A stretch of DNA of 64,000 nt. It comes from Vicugna vicugna (lineage: Eukaryota). The stretch spans positions 1-64,000 of the forward strand of contig MU058367.1 of the NCBI GenBank assembly GCA_013265495.1, read 5' to 3'. Positions 50,706 to 64,000 of this stretch are shown piece by piece. The stretch's first letter is position 1; each line of letters begins with the position of its first letter. The position numbers and the translations under genes are program-made. Below the pieces are notes generated by a model that did not search any database, was not told the origin of the DNA, and saw nothing but the letters and a program-made list of their open reading frames with translations.

Positions 50706-50994
50706 AGAAGAAGGGGAAGGAGAAGGAGGAGGAGAAGGAGAAGGAGAAGGAGAAGGAGAAGAGGGAGAAGGAGAGGGAGAGGGAGAGGGAGAGGGAGAGG
50801 GAGAAGGAGAAGGAGAAGGAGAAGGAAGGAGAAGGAGAAGAAGAAGAAGGGGAAGGAGAAGAAGAAGAGGAGGAAGAGGAGGAAGAGGAAGAAGAAGAAG
50901 AAGAAGAAGAAGGAGAAGAAGAAGGAGAAGAGGGAGAAGGAGAGGGAGAGGGAGAGGGAGAAGGAGAAGGAAGGAGAAGAAGAAGAAGAAGAAA
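50383..50994. repeat. Polypurine (GAA/GAG/GGAGAA/GGAGAG)n compound repeat
   Basis: About 610 nt with only 5 pyrimidines seen; internal 54-nt period (gaagtg at 50551, 50605, 50659). Confidence 0.97.
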
Positions 50995-52874
50995 GCTGCA
51001 AGTAACAAGAGCCCCAAATGAGAAAACATCAGTGCTACGCACTGACCTGCTCTGTCGCAATGACCACCACTGGCGAGGGTGGGAGCTAACACAGCAGCTG
51101 GCGAGGGTCTGGACCACGGCAGGGGCACCCTTCTTTCTCCTGGTATCAGGGGTAGTGACAGCCACCACTTTGTCATTAGCAATAAACCTCTCCAATGTTT
51201 AAATAAGGTTCTAGGTGTTAGACTGTTGCTGTTATTATTTTTTGTAATGGTTGGATGGTAGGCTGCTATGGAAGAGATGGAAAAATTCTGTGTACATGGG
51301 CTCATCAAACCCCCTCAGAATGTGCTGGAAATTTGAGAAAATTTCTACTTATATCACTCATAACAGCACTGAGATACAGGTAGGTATGTGTTGAACACCA
51401 AGGTTTATTTCAGGTTCCTAACTCAAATCCACATGCGCAGGACACACTAAACGTTAGCATTTGTCTGTTTAAATGACTGCATGTCTATACCCTACCCCTT
51501 TCCTTAAAAACTATTTTCACGAACATGGTGCCTAGCCTTACAGAACAATGGGGAAGTGGCTCAATGGTCTATCATTCTCTTAGAACCCTTGCTACTTGGA
51601 TGATGGGAATAATCATAACTTAGTTATCTTCACATCTGCTTGGGGAGCATCCATGTCTCAACTGCAGGAGTCAAACCCAAACTTTTCCAACTGTTGGAAA
51701 ATCCACACAATAAATAGTTCACTCTACACTCTGTTTTTCTTGCTAGTCACTAGAGAAGAAAGTGCGCCCCAATTCAGATTAATTAGTGTTAATATCCAGG
51801 AACCACTTTGAGAAGAATCCTACACTTTATAGAAACCATAAAACCAAGCAAGATAAAGAATCTGATTGCTAACACCAAGATAAGAATTTATATGGACCCT
51901 CGAGTGATCTTATCAGTTGACTCCCAACATCACATGTGGGGCTGCTCTCAGGAGGCTGATGTCAGATCAAGAAGAGCTGAGCATCAATGACCAGGAGAAA
52001 GTGAGCCAGGAAGGCCCTGACAGTGACCTCCTTCCACTGGGGAGGGCCTTTGGCTAAATGTGGGAAAACTCGTCTCCTTTAAATGACAACTCTCCAGAAT
52101 TGTTTATTCTGCTTTTTGCAAATACTATACAAAGAGGAGGAGTCATCACACATGGACTGAGGTGAAGGGAAGAGAATAAACATGAAAACTAACCCTTTAC
52201 CAACCAGTCAGAATCGTGGAGAGGACATATGGGCTTCCAAATCAAGATCTTCAAAGAAGGTACCAAGGGGACCCCAGATCTCAAGGAGGCTACATTAGTG
52301 CTTTTAAGCACCTGCATCATTATGAGTAGAGAGGACACATTTTTCACAGCATCCATGAGCTACTTCAAAAACTAACTAGACTTTGGAGCATTAGAAGAAA
52401 TCACAAAATTGCGAGCTTCTTCATGACAGCAGCCACATTCATCAATTTTCCATTCCCTGCACTTACTGCAATGTCTAGAAGTTCGTAGTATCACTAAATA
52501 TCACTAATGAAAAAAAAAAGATTGAATAAGGTAATCTTAATTTCTGCAAATCTAAACAGCATTTACAGAATACCTAGAAATGATTTCCAATCTCTAGAAT
52601 ATTATCCTTGAATCCACCATTTGTTTAACATTCACAGCAAAAAGAAACTTACTTAATTTACAAGTATGAGTATGTTTACAACTTTTCAATTTGCCTATTA
52701 TAATTCATCCTCTCAGTTAAGAAATTTGAGATCATTCCAATATACAGTACATAAAAATTATTTTACCATCTGAGATTCAATAAGGCAATTCCCACTGAAC
52801 AGATATTTCAGATGTAAACTTCTGACTATTTCATAGGCTCCATATGGAAAGGAACTCATGAAGGAATTAAGTAC

Positions 52875-53397
52875 TGTTATTTACCATAATTTACTAAGGA
52901 AGAACAAACCTGACTCCATATTAGATCTGTTTCTTTGGCTCTGACCCTGTGCTCTGTTTCCTGGGCTGAGTCCTGCTGGTTCTGCACCTTTTGTAGAGCT
53001 TGAAAGAGACAGGACAGCCCATTCTCGAGGCTCTGACCTTTAAGGGAATAATAACACTTCTGCATTCATATTGAGATAAAAACTTGCAGAACAGAAAATA
53101 ATACTTGTCTTGTTGGAGGTTTACAGGGACACCATGACCTGACCCACGTGGACAGCTGCAAGAACAAAGACTTCTGACACCAAGAAGTTTGCAACAACCA
53201 ACCACACTCCCTCCCCTTTTTAGTGTAAAAGGAGCCTGAGTTCTGACTTGGGGAAGATGGTTCTCCAGGACATTTGTCTGCCATCTTCTCGGTCTGCTGG
53301 CTTTCCAAATAAAGTCACTATTCCTTGTCCCAACACCTCGTCTGTCAATGTACTGGCCTGTCGTGTGGCAAACAGAATGAGTTTGGATTCAGTAACA
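52875..53397 (+). mobile_element. Solo LTR, ERV1-like
   Basis: Ends TGTTA..TAACA, 523 bp, with AATAAA near 53308 and a typical U5 (attccttgtcccaacacctcgtc..gagtttggattcagtaaca). No clean TSD. Confidence 0.8.
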
Positions 53398-54019
53398 CTA
53401 ATTGCCAAAACCACTTTCTGGTAAGGATTGTGAATTCTGCCTAGATATAGCCAAAGGGTTGACGAAGGAGGGGTGGGGAGAAACAGAAGAAATTTCAAAG
53501 GTTCATTTTGAAAGTTCCATCTAGTTCTTATGATTCCATGGCTTTTTTAATCCAAGAATCTGTGTCTGTAGGAGAAAAGGCACAGAGCAGAAAAGAGATG
53601 ATTTTTGCTGAAAAATGAAAGTTTTTACTCAAAGGTTAAGGTTACTTCAGAATACTCTAAATACCAAACATTGGCAGCTCTAATAATCAAGGAAACTGCG
53701 TACTCAGTGCATCTCCAGTGAGTTCCTGGAGGTCAGCTACCTAGGATCTCATGTGCGGGTGCCCTGCACTGACTGGCAGGCCCACATCCTGTGTGTCCTC
53801 GGTAAATGTTCAATGACTAAATTCAAGAGGCTGCCACCCTCAGCAAGTGAAATGATTTCTAAAATAATTTAAACTCAGAATTAACACCAAATCCTTTGCA
53901 AACAAAACACAAAATCCTTTGCAAAAAAAACAAAGACAGAGACTTGAAGTGTATCCCATCACAATTAACTGGGGAAAAAATGGGTACCATTTATTCTTTT
54001 CAATGTAAATTATTTGTTT

Positions 54020-54052
<33 letters not shown>

Positions 54053-54864
54053 GCTCTAGCTGGGTTATGGGACGGCTTGGAGAAAGCAACGATTTAGGAG
54101 ATTACAGGGTCAGCCTCCACCACAGGGTGGGATGTAAATCTTCCCGTTAAAAGAAGGCAGTGCAGAGTTCGGGGGGCCCAATGTGAGAGCATCTTCCTCC
54201 TAGAAGCTGAAAAGGCCCTGGGCTCCCTGAGAGCAGGAACAGAGAGCTATCATTCCTGCAAAGGTCCAACAGCTTGACTAGAACTGCAAGAGGTCTCTCG
54301 GTGCTTTGCTGGTAATTATCTAAGTGGGAGAACAGCACACACAACAGCTGGGGAGGATATATGACCCAGGTTTCTTAGAAGAGGGTTAAAGCAAGGACAC
54401 CTGAACCTTCAGGGTACTGCTGATTCCTCTGACACCGCTGCATATCACACCCATCTAATAAGTACGAACTAAATTTGTTCAGGAAGATTCATAAAGCACT
54501 CATTCCCTTTACACACCCCTGTTCAGAAAGGCATTTAACTGGCTTAAAAAATAAACAGGGAAAAACAGATTAAAAAATGACCAAACTTTATATAGCTCTT
54601 TGATTTTTTTAATATAAAGATCCTTAGAGAGAAAACAATCCAGTCAGCTACATGAACAGATCTCACATCCTCAATCATCACGCTAAACCCATGCTCATCT
54701 TAAAATTACCACAGATTTAACTTGTATACAAAGAAAAACAACTATGCTCCAAATTACTAGCAGTCATAATTTTTGGAGTATCATTTAAAAAATAAAAACA
54801 TCCCAGTATGCAGTTGACTTCTGTTAAGCTGACTGTCAGGGGCAGGACTAAATCTACATTTAGT

Positions 54865-55082
54865 AAATAGATAAATTTGTTTTTTCAAAAACTGAATATG
54901 TAAACAAGTTTCTTCTGTACAGCATGGGGAGCTATATTCAATATCTTGTAGCAACCTATAATGAAGAAGAATCTGAAAAGGAACACATGTATGTGCATGT
55001 ATGATGAAACATGATGCTGTACCCCAGACACTGATACATTATAAATTGACTATACTTCAATAAAGAAAAGAACAAAAAAAAA
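54865..55082 (+). mobile_element. L1 3' end
   Basis: tttcttctgtacagcatggggagctatattcaatatcttgtag..tgactatacttcaataaagaaaag. Confidence 0.8.
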
Positions 55083-55479
55083 TTTTTTTTAAGTTCACCC
55101 TGTCGTGGTGGGACAAGGTGCCTGCTGGAATTCTCATCTTCTCACCTGGAGAAATTGGCGCCAGAAACAGAGAATTCAGCAAAATGCTGAACACTGCAGA
55201 CCCTTTTCCTTGTCTTAACTTTTTGTTATTAAACTATAGGATGTAGCTTTCTTAGTTCTCACAAAACTTGTGGCATTTTACCAACTTGTATATACAAACT
55301 GACTTGTATGTATAACAAAGGAAGAAGCTCTTAAGTAAAATGTGGACCCAAAGTAACTCAAGACAACCTGCCCTCGTATTTATCCTGAAAGCAATCATCT
55401 GAGGAAGAACTAGAAGTTGGGGGTTGGAAAACGCTGTTACTACTGGACTATTAGGAAAAGTTCCCCAGATCTGAAAGGG

Positions 55480-55785
55480 CTGACCTGGAGATAGTCATTC
55501 TAAGTGAAGTCAGGCAGAAAGAGAAAGACAAATGCCATATGGTATCACTCATATGTGGAATCTTAAAAAATGACACAAATGAACTTATTTACAAAACCAA
55601 AACAGACACACAGACAAAGAAAACAAACTTACGGTTACCAGTGGGAAAGATGGGGAAGGGATAAATTAGGAGTTTGGGATTTGCAGATACAAACTACTAT
55701 ACATAAAATAGATAAACAAGTTCATACTGTACAGCACAGGGAACTATATTCAATACCTTGTAGTAACCTATAATGAAAAACAACA
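55480..55785 (+). mobile_element. L1 3' end fragment
   Basis: gacctggagatagtcattctaagtgaagtcaggcagaaagagaaagacaaatgccatatg.. Confidence 0.85.
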
Positions 55786-56346
55786 TGTATTATAATGAGC
55801 ATTTATATAATAGTGTGTGTTGAAATTTAAGACGCCATTAAAGACTATCTACAGTGGACATTGGTCATCTCTGTCTGTTTGGCATCCACGTCTCCTTCCT
55901 ATCTTCCTAATTTTCCTATGGACATCTCGTATTTCAGAAGCTAAATAAACAATTGCTCTCCCCGTCACAGCCAGGGGATGGGGACATGACTGGCCTTCCC
56001 TGGACTTTGAATGCTGAGTCAGAAATAAAATTATTTTGAGAGAGTTCAAGATGATCTCACAAGCAGAGGCATATGTGCCAGACCATTCCCACTGTGTGAT
56101 CTTCATCACGGCTTCTGTTCCCTAGCTCTCAGAGCCTGCCTTGGCTGTTGCCCACTCTAAACCTTGTTCTCAATTTTCCCATTAATTCTCTGCACTCTGC
56201 TATCCTTCCAACCCTCCCCTCCTCCTCCTTCCCTCCTCCTCCTCCTCCTTCTTCTTCCTCTTCTTCTTTTCCTTCTCCTCCCTCCTCCTCCTTCAAGAAA
56301 GGCTATGTTGTTTTCTATCACTTATAAAAAACAAGCCCAGGCTTAT

Positions 56347-56793
56347 ACTGCTGGATCAGTTAGGATCCCAGAAGAAAACAGAATTCCACTTAGAGGGTTC
56401 ACCTGAAGAGACTTTAATGAAGAGACAATTTACAGAGGTGTGGGGAGAATTCAAGGGGTCAAAAAGAGATGTTGATGCACCCAGAGACCTAGCACACTAG
56501 GCCTGAAGGGAGAAGGAGAGGAAATAGTATTACTGGAGCCCAGCAAGTGCTGACACCAAGCAGGAAGGAGCTACCCAATGGGCAGGAAGAAATGCTCCAA
56601 CCTTTTCTCCTCTTGTTCCCCAACCTCCTGTCTATGCCTCCCATTGACTGAGCTCTAACAGAAGCCTGTCAACCAGGGAAACCGGGTAAAGCAGTATGCA
56701 GGGGTCAGCCTTTCAGGGTACAGTCGGAACAGAGAAGGGCAGAAAGTGGATCTGAGCAAGAGGGTGTCAGAAGACAAACAGAATGAGCAACAC
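56347..56793 (-). mobile_element. Old ERVL/MaLR-type LTR (family uncertain)
   Basis: gaagagactttaatgaagagacaatttacagaggtgtgggg..cccattgactgagctctaacagaagcc resembles ancient LTRs. Confidence 0.45.
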
Positions 56794-57269
56794 AATAATA
56801 ACGGGGCAGCTTGATCTCTTTAAAATTTTCTATATCACCTAGTAATTAACTTTGGACATACAGCCTCTAATGCTATTATTCATAGTTCTTATCTAACATT
56901 TTAAATTTGTATTTTGTTTATCAAAATTGTTGAGACAGAACATCTTTCTGAAGTCCAGGCCAAAAATATATTGAAGGCAGCTTTTATAACTTTTTGTTAT
57001 TAAAAATTTATTTTATGACACTATTTAAAAAACTAATTATAAGTTTTTATAACTTAGTTTCCATTTCAAACCTATATTTTGAAATCATGTCATATGAATT
57101 TATATAAATTTTATAAAATAATTCTGAAAATATAAAATAGACTGTGTATATAATGAAGCATGATTTTTAAAGAAAAAATCAACTTATCAATATTGATTTA
57201 CCTCAAGTGATTTTTAATAAAACTAAAGTTATATGGTACAGCCAAATGTTGGGTATTATACATATGTGA

Positions 57270-58560
57270 CATTATATCAGGACAAACAAAAAGAAAGCAG
57301 TAATTACAGTATTAATATCAGTCATAGCAGAATTCAAGACAAAAAATTCACTAAATGGGATAATTAGATAATAAAGGAACATTTTATGTTAATGAAAAGC
57401 ACAATCAACAAAGTTATTAACAGTCATGAAACTATTTGTCTCAAATGAAACAGATAAAGTAAAAAGGGTAAATAAACAATACAATAAATGTGGATGACTT
57501 AAATATCAGTCTTCTTGACATATTAATCAAGGAAAAATTATTAAATCAAAGTGCTGAGTAATGTAATTAATAAGGTTGATTTAATAACTACAAACTGAAC
57601 TCAGTACTCAACAGAGAAGACATGTTCTGTTTTAAAGCCTATGGAAACTTTATAAATGTGATCATGCATTAAGCCATAAACAAAACCTCAGTGAATTCCA
57701 ACAAAACAGACATCATACAAGACATGTTCTTTGACCATACATTTTTACAACTAGAAATGATTTCAAAAATGCAAACTGAAAAACAAACATTCTGAAATGC
57801 AAAGAGAAATGACTAATAAACAGCTCTTAGGACAAATCTGAAGTATAAAGTATTAAGAAAAGGGCAATAATGAGAACATGTCTAATCAACACCAGTGGGA
57901 CATAGCTAAAGTGTTTATCTGAGGGAAATTCAGAACACAAGAAAAAAAAATGAACCAAGTATTTAATTCAAGATATCAGGAAAGAGCAACAAACAAATAC
58001 AAGGAAAGCAGGGAGAGGGAAACAATTTCAAATGAAATAAAAACAAATGACCGGAAAAGCAGACAAATGATAAATAGACAAAGAAATGTAAGAGCTGTTT
58101 ATTCTTTGAGGAAAAAGATAAAATAAAATAGGCAACCTGCTACTTAGTCTAGTAAATCAAAAGAACAAAACATACATAGATAATAATAAGAAGATATAAC
58201 CACAAACATACAGAGAGATTTTCCAAATTACAACACTGTATACAACTCAAAGCAATAAATATATTTTTTAAATCCCAAAGAAATGAATTACTTTCTACAA
58301 AAATGCAGATGAACAATATTGATTCAGAAGAGACAAATGAGCGTTAACAGACCACCAAAGTCTGGAAGATACATAAAAAGCTATCAAAGTTTTACATATA
58401 AGAAAAACGTCAGGTCCAGAGAGTCACATGAGCAAGGTTTTCTGAACCTCAAGGAATATACAATTTTCATGCTATCTGAACTGTTTTGGAGCATAGAAAA
58501 CTATGGACATTTTCCAAATCCAAATTCTGAAACCTTACAAAAGGAATAGATGGATGGTTG
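57270..58560 (+). mobile_element. Old L1 ORF2 (endonuclease region) fragment
   Basis: Decayed motifs gtattaatatcagtcatagcagaattcaagac and catcatacaagacatgttctttgaccat. Confidence 0.7.
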
Positions 58561-58659
58561 GATGGATGGATGGATAAATAACTGTGTAGCAAGTAGGCAG
58601 GTGGGTGGATATATAGATAACTCTCATTCTTGAATATAGATGCACAAATACAAGCATAC

Positions 58660-59380
58660 TCTGACCAATTCTCACTTCTTCTACAATAACCACCCTAGTC
58701 TCAGCCTCCATCATCTGTCTCTTAGGTTATTAAATAATTTTCTAAACTGATCTCTCTGCTTCTGTCCTTGCTCATTTCTCACACGCCTACCAGAGAGATC
58801 TTTCTAAAACATAAGTTGTAGCATTCTCTGCTATATTCATTCCTCTGCTCATGTCTGTCCACTAACTTGCTATTTTCTCAGAGTAAAAGCCAATGATCTT
58901 ACAGTGGTCTTACAAAACTCATCCCCCCCACACACCCCCGTGTCTTGGACCTCTTCTAACACTCTCATTACTTGCTCAGTTCCAGCCACCCTGGCCTCCT
59001 GCAGTTCTCATAATATGACAGGCACACTTCCACCTCACAGTCTTTGCACTTACTGGTCTCTATGCCTAGACAATTCTTACCTCAGATAAAGGCATGACTC
59101 ACTCTTTTACCTCCTTCAGATGTCTGCTCAAATGTCCCCTTCTTGGTAGAACATCAGAGGACCCTACCACAAACATTCTTATCCTAGCCTGGTTCATTAT
59201 TCTCCACAACATTTATCACCATCTGACCTATTGCATGTTTTATTCATATATTTGATTCATTTTATCTGTTCCCCATTAAAATATAAGCTCCACAGGGGCT
59301 GGAATTACACTGTTTATGCCTGAATCCCTAACACCTAGAACAGTGCCTGGCACATAGTAGATTTTTAACAAAAATTTGAG
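58660..59380 (+). mobile_element. LINE-2 3' fragment
   Basis: ccaccctagtctcagcctccatcatct..; 3' end acacctagaacagtgcctggcacatagtag. Confidence 0.8.
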
Positions 59381-60464
59381 GGAAAGTTGAAAAAAACCAG
59401 CATGAAAAAGAATGAACTCTCCCCACAAAAATGGGCAATTTGCTGGAAAAGTAAAGAATACAGATAGAAGTCCAATAAATTTATGGGAAAAATAACTTTA
59501 CAAGTAATTTTTAATGTAAGTTTAAACAGTGAGATCACTCTTATGATCTATTAAATTATCAAAAAAAGTTAAAATAATAAAAGCCAATGTTGAGAAAAAT
59601 GAGAAACAAGGCATGTTATCGAATATCGCTGGTTGTGCTTAAATTGGTACAGCCAGTCCTGAGGACAGTTTGACAATATGTATGGAGAGCCTTTTAAAGT
59701 ATTTTTTTCCTTTGTCTTAATTTCTGGAAAATTTGTTTTAGGGAAACAAGAATATTCACTAACATTTGACTAGAAAAATAATTATCACTCTATAATCATA
59801 TAATAATCATATTCCTGACTGTAAAATGATATAAAGTATGAAGAGATAAAAATGATTAAAACACCTGTCCCTGTTCTTTCCCCAACTGCTATGGGGGGGA
59901 ATTCGTTTTTGTCAGCTTGTATACTGGACTTCAGCATTGCAGAATCTATAAAATTAGTAGCAAAAGTGGAGAATGGAACATAATTTTAGAGAGAAAAAAA
60001 GGCTAGAAGTTAATAATTGCCTTACTTGGTATGATGGGATTATGACTGTTACTTTATGATATTTCTTACTTTCCAATTCTTCTACAATTAACTGGATTTT
60101 TGGTAAATGATGACAAAATTAGGTTTTTAAAAAATGAGAATTTAAATAGCACCACTATTGTGGACAAATGGAATTTGTTGAAATTCATTGGAATACTTTC
60201 AAGTTAGGGATTAAACTGGAATTTTGACTGCAAAAACATTAAAAGAAAAAAATTGGGGCTTTTGTGTCAAAATGATGACTGAGGACATGGATTTTATTCC
60301 TCACCCTCCTGAGGTCACATTAAAATAATAATGAATAATTTTTAGAAAAATAAATAAATGAATATAATCCCATAAGAAGAAAGAGGAAAAGTAGAGGGAA
60401 ATTTTCATAGACAAGAGATTCTTACAAATTACAGGAAGATGAAAAGATGATGGCAAAGTGTATT

Positions 60465-60964
60465 TAGTCAGCCCTTTATATCCTTGGGTTTCACATTTAC
60501 AGATTCACCCAATCAAGAATCAAAAATAGTCACACCCAGGGGGAAGGTATATAGCTCAGTAGTAGAGCGCATGCCTAGCATGCACGAGGTCCTGGGTTCA
60601 ATCCCCAGTACCTCCATGAAATAAATAAATAAACAAACAAACGAACGAAACTAATCACCCCCCAAAAAACAAAATTCATACCCAAACAAAATAATTCTAG
60701 AAATTTCCAAAAAGCAAAACTTGAATTCCCTACATACCACTAACTATTGTCACATCATTTGCATTGTATTTACAACTATTTACATAGTATTTGCATTGTA
60801 TTAGGTATTATAAGTAATCTAGAGATCCTTTAAAGTATATGGGAGGATCTATGTGCAGATTATATGCAACTGAGTATGCCATTTTTAATAAGCATCTTTG
60901 GAGTTTGGGATCCATGGCAGGAGCCTGGAAACAATCCCTCTGCAGATACCAAGGGATGATTGTA
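60465..60964 (-). mobile_element. MER2-type TcMar-Tigger DNA transposon, interrupted by a SINE
   Basis: ttgtattaggtattataagtaatctagagat..aaagtatatgggaggat..gataccaagggatgattgta. Confidence 0.8.
60539..60674 (+). mobile_element. Vic-1-type SINE
   Basis: ggggaaggtatatagctcagtagtagagcgcatgcctagcatgcacgaggtcctgggttcaatccccagtacctcc; probable TSD tcacaccca/tcataccca. Confidence 0.9.
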
Positions 60965-61229
60965 TTTGTGAAAGGACAAAAGGAAGCCCCACTCCTGAAC
61001 ACACGCAGAAGGAAATGTAGCCAGGGAAAAGACTGAAACCAGGAGTGGTTCAGTCAAATAGGACCGAGGCTGGAGGATGAAGACAGTGGCTAAAAATTGG
61101 GGGATCATTTCTAGATGCATATGCTTAACAATCCATCTCACACTCTTCCCCCATGCATAAGAGCTTATAGTCAAGCACTTAATGCAAAACAAAGTAATTT
61201 GAGAGTTCTTCTTCTAAAGAAATTGTTCT

Positions 61230-64000
61230 GATTATCTATGGATTACTTTGGGTGATGTGCATATTTTAATAATGTTAATTCTTCCATTCCATGAAAATGG
61301 GATACTTTTTCCATTTTTTTGCATCATCTTCAATTTCTTTCATCAGTGTTCTGGAGTTTTCAGAACATAGGTTTTTTTGCTTCCTTGGTTAAGTTTATTC
61401 CCACGTGTTTTTACGTGCCATTTTAAATGGGATTGTTTTCTTTCTTTCTCTTTCTGATAGTTCACCATTAGTGTATAGAAATGTAACAGATTTCTATATA
61501 TTAATTTTGTCTCCGACGACTTTACTGCAAAATGTGACAGTTTTACTTCTTCCCTTCCAGTTTGGATGCCTTTTATGTTTTTTCCTGTCTGACTGCTGTG
61601 GCTAGGACTCCCAATACCATGTTAAAAAGAAGTGGTGAGAGTAGGCATCCTTGTCTTGTTCCTGATTTTAGAAGGAAAGCTTTCAGTTTTTCCCTATTGA
61701 GTATGATGTTAGCTGTGGGTTTGTCATAAATGGCCTTTATTATGTTGAGATATGTTCCCTCTGTACCAACTTTGAGGAGAGTTTTTATCACTAATACATG
61801 TTGAATTTTGTCAAATACATTTTTTGATTCTGTTGAGATGTTCATGTGATTTTTATTCTTCATTTTGTTAATGTGACGCATCACATTGGTTGATTTGTAG
61901 ATTTTGAGCCTTCCTAGCATCTCTGGAATAAATCCCACTTAATCATGATATATGATTCTTTTTACATATTGTTGAATTCAGTTTGCTAATATTTGGTTGA
62001 GAATTTTTGCTATGTTCATCAGAGATATTGGCCTATAATTTTCTTTTTTCTTTTCTTTTCTTTTTTTGTAGTGTCTTCATCTGGTTTTGGTATCAGGGTA
62101 ATGGTGGCCTCATAGAATAAATCCAGGAGTGTTTCCTCCTCTTCAGTTTTTTGGAATACTTTGGGAAGCACAGATTTTAGCTTTTCCTAATCTGTTTGGT
62201 AGAATTCTCCTGTGATGCTGTCCAGTCCTGGACTTCTGTTTACTGAGAGATTCAATTTTACTACCACTGACTGGTATGTTCAGATTACCTTTTTCTTCCT
62301 GATTCAGTTTCAGAAGATTATATGTTTCTAGGAATTTATCCATTTCAACTAGGTTGCCCAATTTGTTGGCCTATAATTGTCCATAGTATCACTCATGATT
62401 TTTTGTATCTCTGTAATATTGGTTGTAATTTTTCCACTTTCATTTCTTATTTTGTTTATTTGGGTCTCTTGTTTTGTTAAAGAGCCTGGCTAAAGGCTTA
62501 TCAATTTTATATTTTAAAAAAATCAGCTTTTAGTTTCATTGATCTTTTCTTTTCTTTCCTTCTTTTTTTAAGTCTCTATTTTATTTATTTCCATTCTGAT
62601 CTTTATTTCTTTCCTTCTGCTCATTTTGCGCTTTGTTTGTTCTTCTTTTTCTAATTCCTTTAGATGGCAGATCAGGTTGTTTATTTGCTATTTTTCTTGT
62701 TTTTTTGAGGTACGCCTGCATCCCTATAAACTTCCCTCTTAGAATTGCTTTTGCTGCATCCTACAGATTTTGGAAAGTTGTGTTTTAATTTTTTATTTGT
62801 CTTGAGGTATTTTTTATTTTCTCTTTGATTTTTTTCATTGATTCATTTTTTTAAAATAGCATGTTCTTTAGTCTCCACTCCTTTGTCCATTTTAAAATTG
62901 GGTTTATCTTTTTGTTGTTGGGTATATGGGTTCTCTTAATATTTCGGATACTAGATCTTCATCAGATAAATGATTTGCAAATATTTTAGCCAATTCTGTA
63001 GGTTGCCTGTTTACTCTCTTGATGGAGTTTGATACATAAAAGTTTTTAATTTCAATGGAATCCAACTTATCTATTTTTTCTTTTGTTATTTATGTTTTTG
63101 GTATTATATTTAAGAAAACCATTGCCAAATACAAGGTCATGAAGATTTACTCCTATGTTTTCTTCTAAGAGTTTTATAGTTTTAGGTCTTATATTTAGGT
63201 CTTAAGCCAATTTTGAATTAATTTTTGTATATGGAGAGAGGTAAGCATCCAAATTAATTCTTTTGTATGTGAATATCCAGTTGTCCCAGCATCATTTGTT
63301 GAAGAAAGTATTCTTTCTTATTGAATGATCTTTGGCACTTACGATGAGAAGAGAACACCGCTTCTCATGCTTCAGAACCATAAGTCTTTTATGAATATGG
63401 TATGTCCCTCTATTTGTTAAGATTCTCTTTAATTTCTCTTTTCATCTGTAAAACTCTTGCACATCTTTTATTAGCTCTATTTCAAGGTATTTGATACTAT
63501 ATGGTTTAAGTTTTTCTGAACATTTATCACTGGTGTTTAAAATCTAAATTATTTTTTATATCTTTCCTTGTATCCCCCAACTTGTCCAAACTCATTTATT
63601 AATCGTAATACATTTTCCATAGTTTTTTTTTGGATTTTCTGCTTACATAATCATATCATCTGGAAATGATGACAATTTTATTTCTCTCTCTTCTCCCCCT
63701 GACCCAATCACACTGCATAGGATCCTTACTCATTACACAGAAGGAGGATCCAGGCATCTTTGTCTTGTTTCTCATCTCAAAGGGAAAACTTTCAACAATT
63801 CACCAAATGATATATTTGTTGTTGATTCCTTGTAGTCAGCCTTCATCAGAGCAAGGAAGTTGACTTCTCTTCCTTGTTTGTGAAGAGATTTTTATCCTGG
63901 ATAGATATTAGTTTTCTAAAAACACTTTGTATCCATTGAGATAGTTGTATGACTTTTGTCTTTGATTCCATTAATGTGGATTTACATTGACAGGATTTTT
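61230..64000 (-). mobile_element. LINE-1 ORF2 fragments (younger about 61230-62880, older about 62880-64000)
   Basis: ORF 61573-61938 [46 protein letters not shown] is L1 reverse transcriptase; ORF 62143-62361 EMDKFLETYNL is also ORF2. Confidence 0.92.

Noticed and set aside
50554..51021. RPGR ORF15-like Glu/Gly-rich ORF
   Set aside because: No RCC1-like exons nearby, no basic ORF15 C-terminal domain, and the Glu frame shifts repeatedly; best explained as a simple repeat.
60541..60616. tRNA gene (also at 13765 and 17730)
   Set aside because: Followed by the SINE tail and flanked by a probable TSD; no proper acceptor stem.
1..64000. CRISPR arrays, rRNA or prokaryotic systems
   Set aside because: The sequence is mammalian; I saw no repeat-spacer periodicity, operons or rRNA motifs.

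Overview
Mammalian genomic DNA, almost certainly camelid (several Vic-1-type tRNA-derived SINEs), with three assembly gaps (1801-2136, 9859-10592, 34878-35356). The main feature is a multi-exon ARHGAP20-like (PH-RA-RhoGAP) paralog on the minus strand, about 13.4-31.1 kb. I traced twelve exons by peptide similarity to human ARHGAP20 (recalled from memory, not searched), splice sites and phase. It carries frameshifts in two exons, a GT>CT donor loss, a damaged acceptor and Lys in place of the catalytic arginine finger, so it is probably an unprocessed pseudogene. Upstream on the same strand are a near-identical 1,173-bp tandem duplication and two processed pseudogenes, MCRIP2/FAM195A (about 37.3-38.2 kb) and MSANTD3 (about 39.2-41.2 kb, still CpG-rich). 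The left 10 kb holds a CpG-island edge at a gap, phase-compatible candidate exons of a gene I could not identify, and a perfect 16-bp hairpin. The right third is mostly L1, L2, LTR and DNA-transposon sequence plus a 610-nt polypurine tract. I see no firm evidence for a wholly new biological system. The best leads are the remodelled, probably GAP-dead ARHGAP20 paralog and a possible retrocopy-derived promoter upstream of it.
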